From the NCBI RefSeq assembly GCF_014280175.1, contig NZ_CP047931.1, positions 150,001 through 182,000 on the forward strand: a DNA stretch of 32,000 nucleotides, in the 5' to 3' direction. This DNA is from Synechococcus sp. A15-28 (GTDB lineage: Bacteria; Cyanobacteriota; Cyanobacteriia; PCC-6307; Cyanobiaceae). Shown here piece after piece: positions 29,882-32,000 of the stretch (position 1 is the first letter of the stretch; every line of letters begins with the position of its first letter). The position numbers and the translations under genes are program-made. The notes below the pieces were generated by a model, which did not search any database, was not told the DNA's origin, and was given only the letters and a program-made list of their open reading frames with translations.

Positions 29882-32000
29882 CAGCGCACGTAGCAGGTGA
29901 TTTCAACGTTGAGGGGATCCACGTTCCAGATGTTCTTGCAGTACTCGCCGATGGAGCGGTCGGAGGAGAAGAACCCGGTGCGGGCGGTGTTCAGCAGCGA
30001 CATCCGGTTCCAGTGCATGCGATCGGTCCAGGCGAGGCTGACGGCCTCCTGGGCTCGCAGGTAGTCGGCAAAGTCCGCCATCACGAAGAAGGGATCGTTG
30101 CCGGTGAGGTTGTCAAGCAACGGACGGAACAGCTCGCTGTCGCCATTGCTGAAGTGGCCCATCTCGATCAGGCGCAGAGCTTCTTGCAGCTCCGGCATGG
30201 CATTGATGAAATTGCCGGGGTTGTAGCCGCTCTGCTTGAGCTCAGTGATCTCCTCCACGGTTTTGCCGAACAGGAAGAAGTTCTCCGCGCCCACCAGCTC
30301 GCGGATCTCCACGTTGGCGCCATCCAGGGTGCCGATGGTGAGGGCGCCGTTCATGGCGAACTTCATGTTGCCGGTGCCGGAGGCTTCCTTGCCGGCGGTG
30401 GAGATCTGCTCGGAGAGGTCGGAGGCGGGATAGACCTGCTCGCCCAGCTTCACGTTGTAATCCGGTAAAAACACCACCCGCAGGCGGCCGTCCATGTCGG
30501 GATCGGCATTGACGGTTTCGGCGATGCCGTTGATGAAGCGGATGATCAGCTTCGCCATGTAATAACCGGGAGCCGCCTTGCCTCCGAAGATCACGGTGCG
30601 GGGGGCCATGCCATCGGCCTGGCCGTTCTTGATCCGCAGGTACTGAGTGATCACCTGCAAAGCATTGAGGTGCTGGCGCTTGTATTCATGAATGCGCTTC
30701 ACCTGCACGTCGAACAGGGTGGAGGGGTCCACCAGGACACCGGTGTTGCGGTGGATGTAGCTGGCCAGCTTGCGCTTCACCGAGAGCTTGGTGTTGCCCC
30801 AGTGCTCGAGGAAGCCGTGGTCGTTCTGGCGTTCCTCCAGTTTGCGCAGGTTCTCCATGTTGGAGATCCAGTCCTCTCCGATGTGCTCGTTCAGCAGGTT
30901 GGAGAGCTCGGGGTTGGCCAGAGCCATCCAGCGGCGGGGGGTGACGCCGTTGGTGACGTTGGTGAATTTTTCTGGCCAGAGCTCGGCGAATTCCGGCAGC
31001 AGGTCGGTTTTGACCAGATCGGAGTGCAGCGCTGCCACGCCATTCACGTGGTGCGCTCCGATGGTGGCCAGGTGCGCCATGCGCACAGCTTTACTGCCGT
31101 CTTCGTCGATGATCGACAGCTTGCGCTGAATGGCGTCGTTGCCGGGGTAACGCAGACGCAGTTGCTGGAGGAAGCGGCGGTTGATTTCGTAAATCAGCTC
31201 CAGGTGGCGGGGCAGCAGATTGCCGAACAGGTTCAGATCCCACTTCTCCAGGGCCTCTGGCAGCAGGGTGTGGTTGGTGTAAGCGACAGACCGGGAGGTG
31301 ATATCCCAGGCCTTGTCCCACTCCATGTGGCGGTCGTCGATGAGCAGTCGCATCAACTCCGCTACAGCGATGGCGGGGTGGGTGTCGTTGAGCTGAACGG
31401 TCCAGTACTGAGGGAAGTCCTCAACGGGTAAACCGCGGTTGTCGAGGCTGCGCAGCATGTCCTGCAGTGAGCAGCTCACGAAGAAGTGCTGCTGCTTCAG
31501 GCGCAGACGCCGACCTTCATCGGTGCCGTCATTGGGATACAGCACCTTGGAGAGGGTTTCGCTGCCCACCTTCTCCTCAACGGCGCCGTAGTAGTCGCCA
31601 ATGTTGAAGGCATAGAAGTCAAAGCTCTCGGTGGCATCGGCACGCCAGAGGCGCAGACGATCGCAGATGTTGACCCGATAGCCCAGGACGGGGACGTCAT
31701 GGGGGATGCCGATGGCATGCTCGGCGGGGATCCAGCGGGAACGGTAGATGCCCTTGTCATCGATGTAGCTCTCGGTACGGCCACCAAAGCCGACGAAGCA
31801 GGCTTCATCGGGCTGAGGAAGTTCCCAGGGCCAGCCTCCCTTCAACCACTTGTCGGTGATCTCCACCTGCCAGCCGTCGCGGATGAGCTGGTCGAAGATG
31901 CCGAATTCATAGCGGATGCCATATCCCGTGGCGGGGATCTTCAGGCTGGCCAGGGATTCCATGTAGCAGGCCGCCAGGCGTCCCAAACCACCGTTGCCGA
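29881..32000 (-). CDS. glgP: glycogen/alpha-glucan phosphorylase (partial, N-terminus beyond right edge)
   Basis: PLP-site signature EASGTGNMKFAMNG. The reading frame stays open past the track's Met, with GNGGLGRLAACY encoded up to base 32000. The C-terminus ...ITCYVR is followed by a stop at 29881-29883. Confidence 0.95.
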   Translation of the reverse strand, partial: GNGGLGRLAACYMESLASLKIPATGYGIRYEFGIFDQLIRDGWQVEITDKWLKGGWPWELPQPDEACFVGFGGRTESYIDDKGIYRSRWIPAEHAIGIPHDVPVLGYRVNICDRLRLWRADATESFDFYAFNIGDYYGAVEEKVGSETLSKVLYPNDGTDEGRRLRLKQQHFFVSCSLQDMLRSLDNRGLPVEDFPQYWTVQLNDTHPAIAVAELMRLLIDDRHMEWDKAWDITSRSVAYTNHTLLPEALEKWDLNLFGNLLPRHLELIYEINRRFLQQLRLRYPGNDAIQRKLSIIDEDGSKAVRMAHLATIGAHHVNGVAALHSDLVKTDLLPEFAELWPEKFTNVTNGVTPRRWMALANPELSNLLNEHIGEDWISNMENLRKLEERQNDHGFLEHWGNTKLSVKRKLASYIHRNTGVLVDPSTLFDVQVKRIHEYKRQHLNALQVITQYLRIKNGQADGMAPRTVIFGGKAAPGYYMAKLIIRFINGIAETVNADPDMDGRLRVVFLPDYNVKLGEQVYPASDLSEQISTAGKEASGTGNMKFAMNGALTIGTLDGANVEIRELVGAENFFLFGKTVEEITELKQSGYNPGNFINAMPELQEALRLIEMGHFSNGDSELFRPLLDNLTGNDPFFVMADFADYLRAQEAVSLAWTDRMHWNRMSLLNTARTGFFSSDRSIGEYCKNIWNVDPLNVEITCYVR

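Noticed and set aside
30013-31431. Plus-strand ORFs of 151, 65, 253 and 119 aa, and minus-strand out-of-frame ORFs inside glgP
   Set aside because: They overlap the clearly identified glycogen phosphorylase gene and have shadow-ORF composition.

Overview
The window looks like a marine picocyanobacterial (Synechococcus-type) chromosome segment with mosaic composition. This taxon call is inferred from psaC, ndhS, a cyanobacterial-type rnpB and high-GC core genes. Spot counts of single 60-nt lines give about 68% GC in the core (14041-14100) and 33-37% GC in the islands (8521-8580, 10201-10260). Layout: (A) 1-13009 is a low-GC island. It carries a nucleotide-heptose synthesis and tailoring cassette: gmhA, a heptose-kinase/cytidylyltransferase-like fusion, an NTP-transferase, an SDR, a cupin, a radical SAM enzyme, 2OG-Fe(II) oxygenases, methyltransferases and an enolase-superfamily protein. 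(B) 13073-20442 is a high-GC core block: tkt-fabF-acpP on the minus strand, psaC and glmS on the plus strand, manC on the minus strand. (C) 20499-21233 is an intermediate-GC 2OG oxygenase gene. It is followed by a second low-GC island at 21234-25979 with an FkbM methyltransferase, a TPR/GT9-like fusion and a GT90/CAP10-like enzyme. (D) 25980-32000 is high-GC core: rimM, ndhS, a 6TM K+ channel, rnc, RNase P RNA, tRNA-Arg(CCT), two hypothetical genes, a decayed acetate-kinase remnant, and glgP running off the right edge. I saw no rRNA, CRISPR array, transposase or integrase. The best candidate for an undescribed system is the tailored NDP-heptose cassette of island A. It may work with the TPR/GT9-like (heptosyltransferase-like) and GT90-like enzymes of island B as a surface or protein glycosylation system. 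All functional calls rest on motifs read by eye from the ORF track. No database search was possible.
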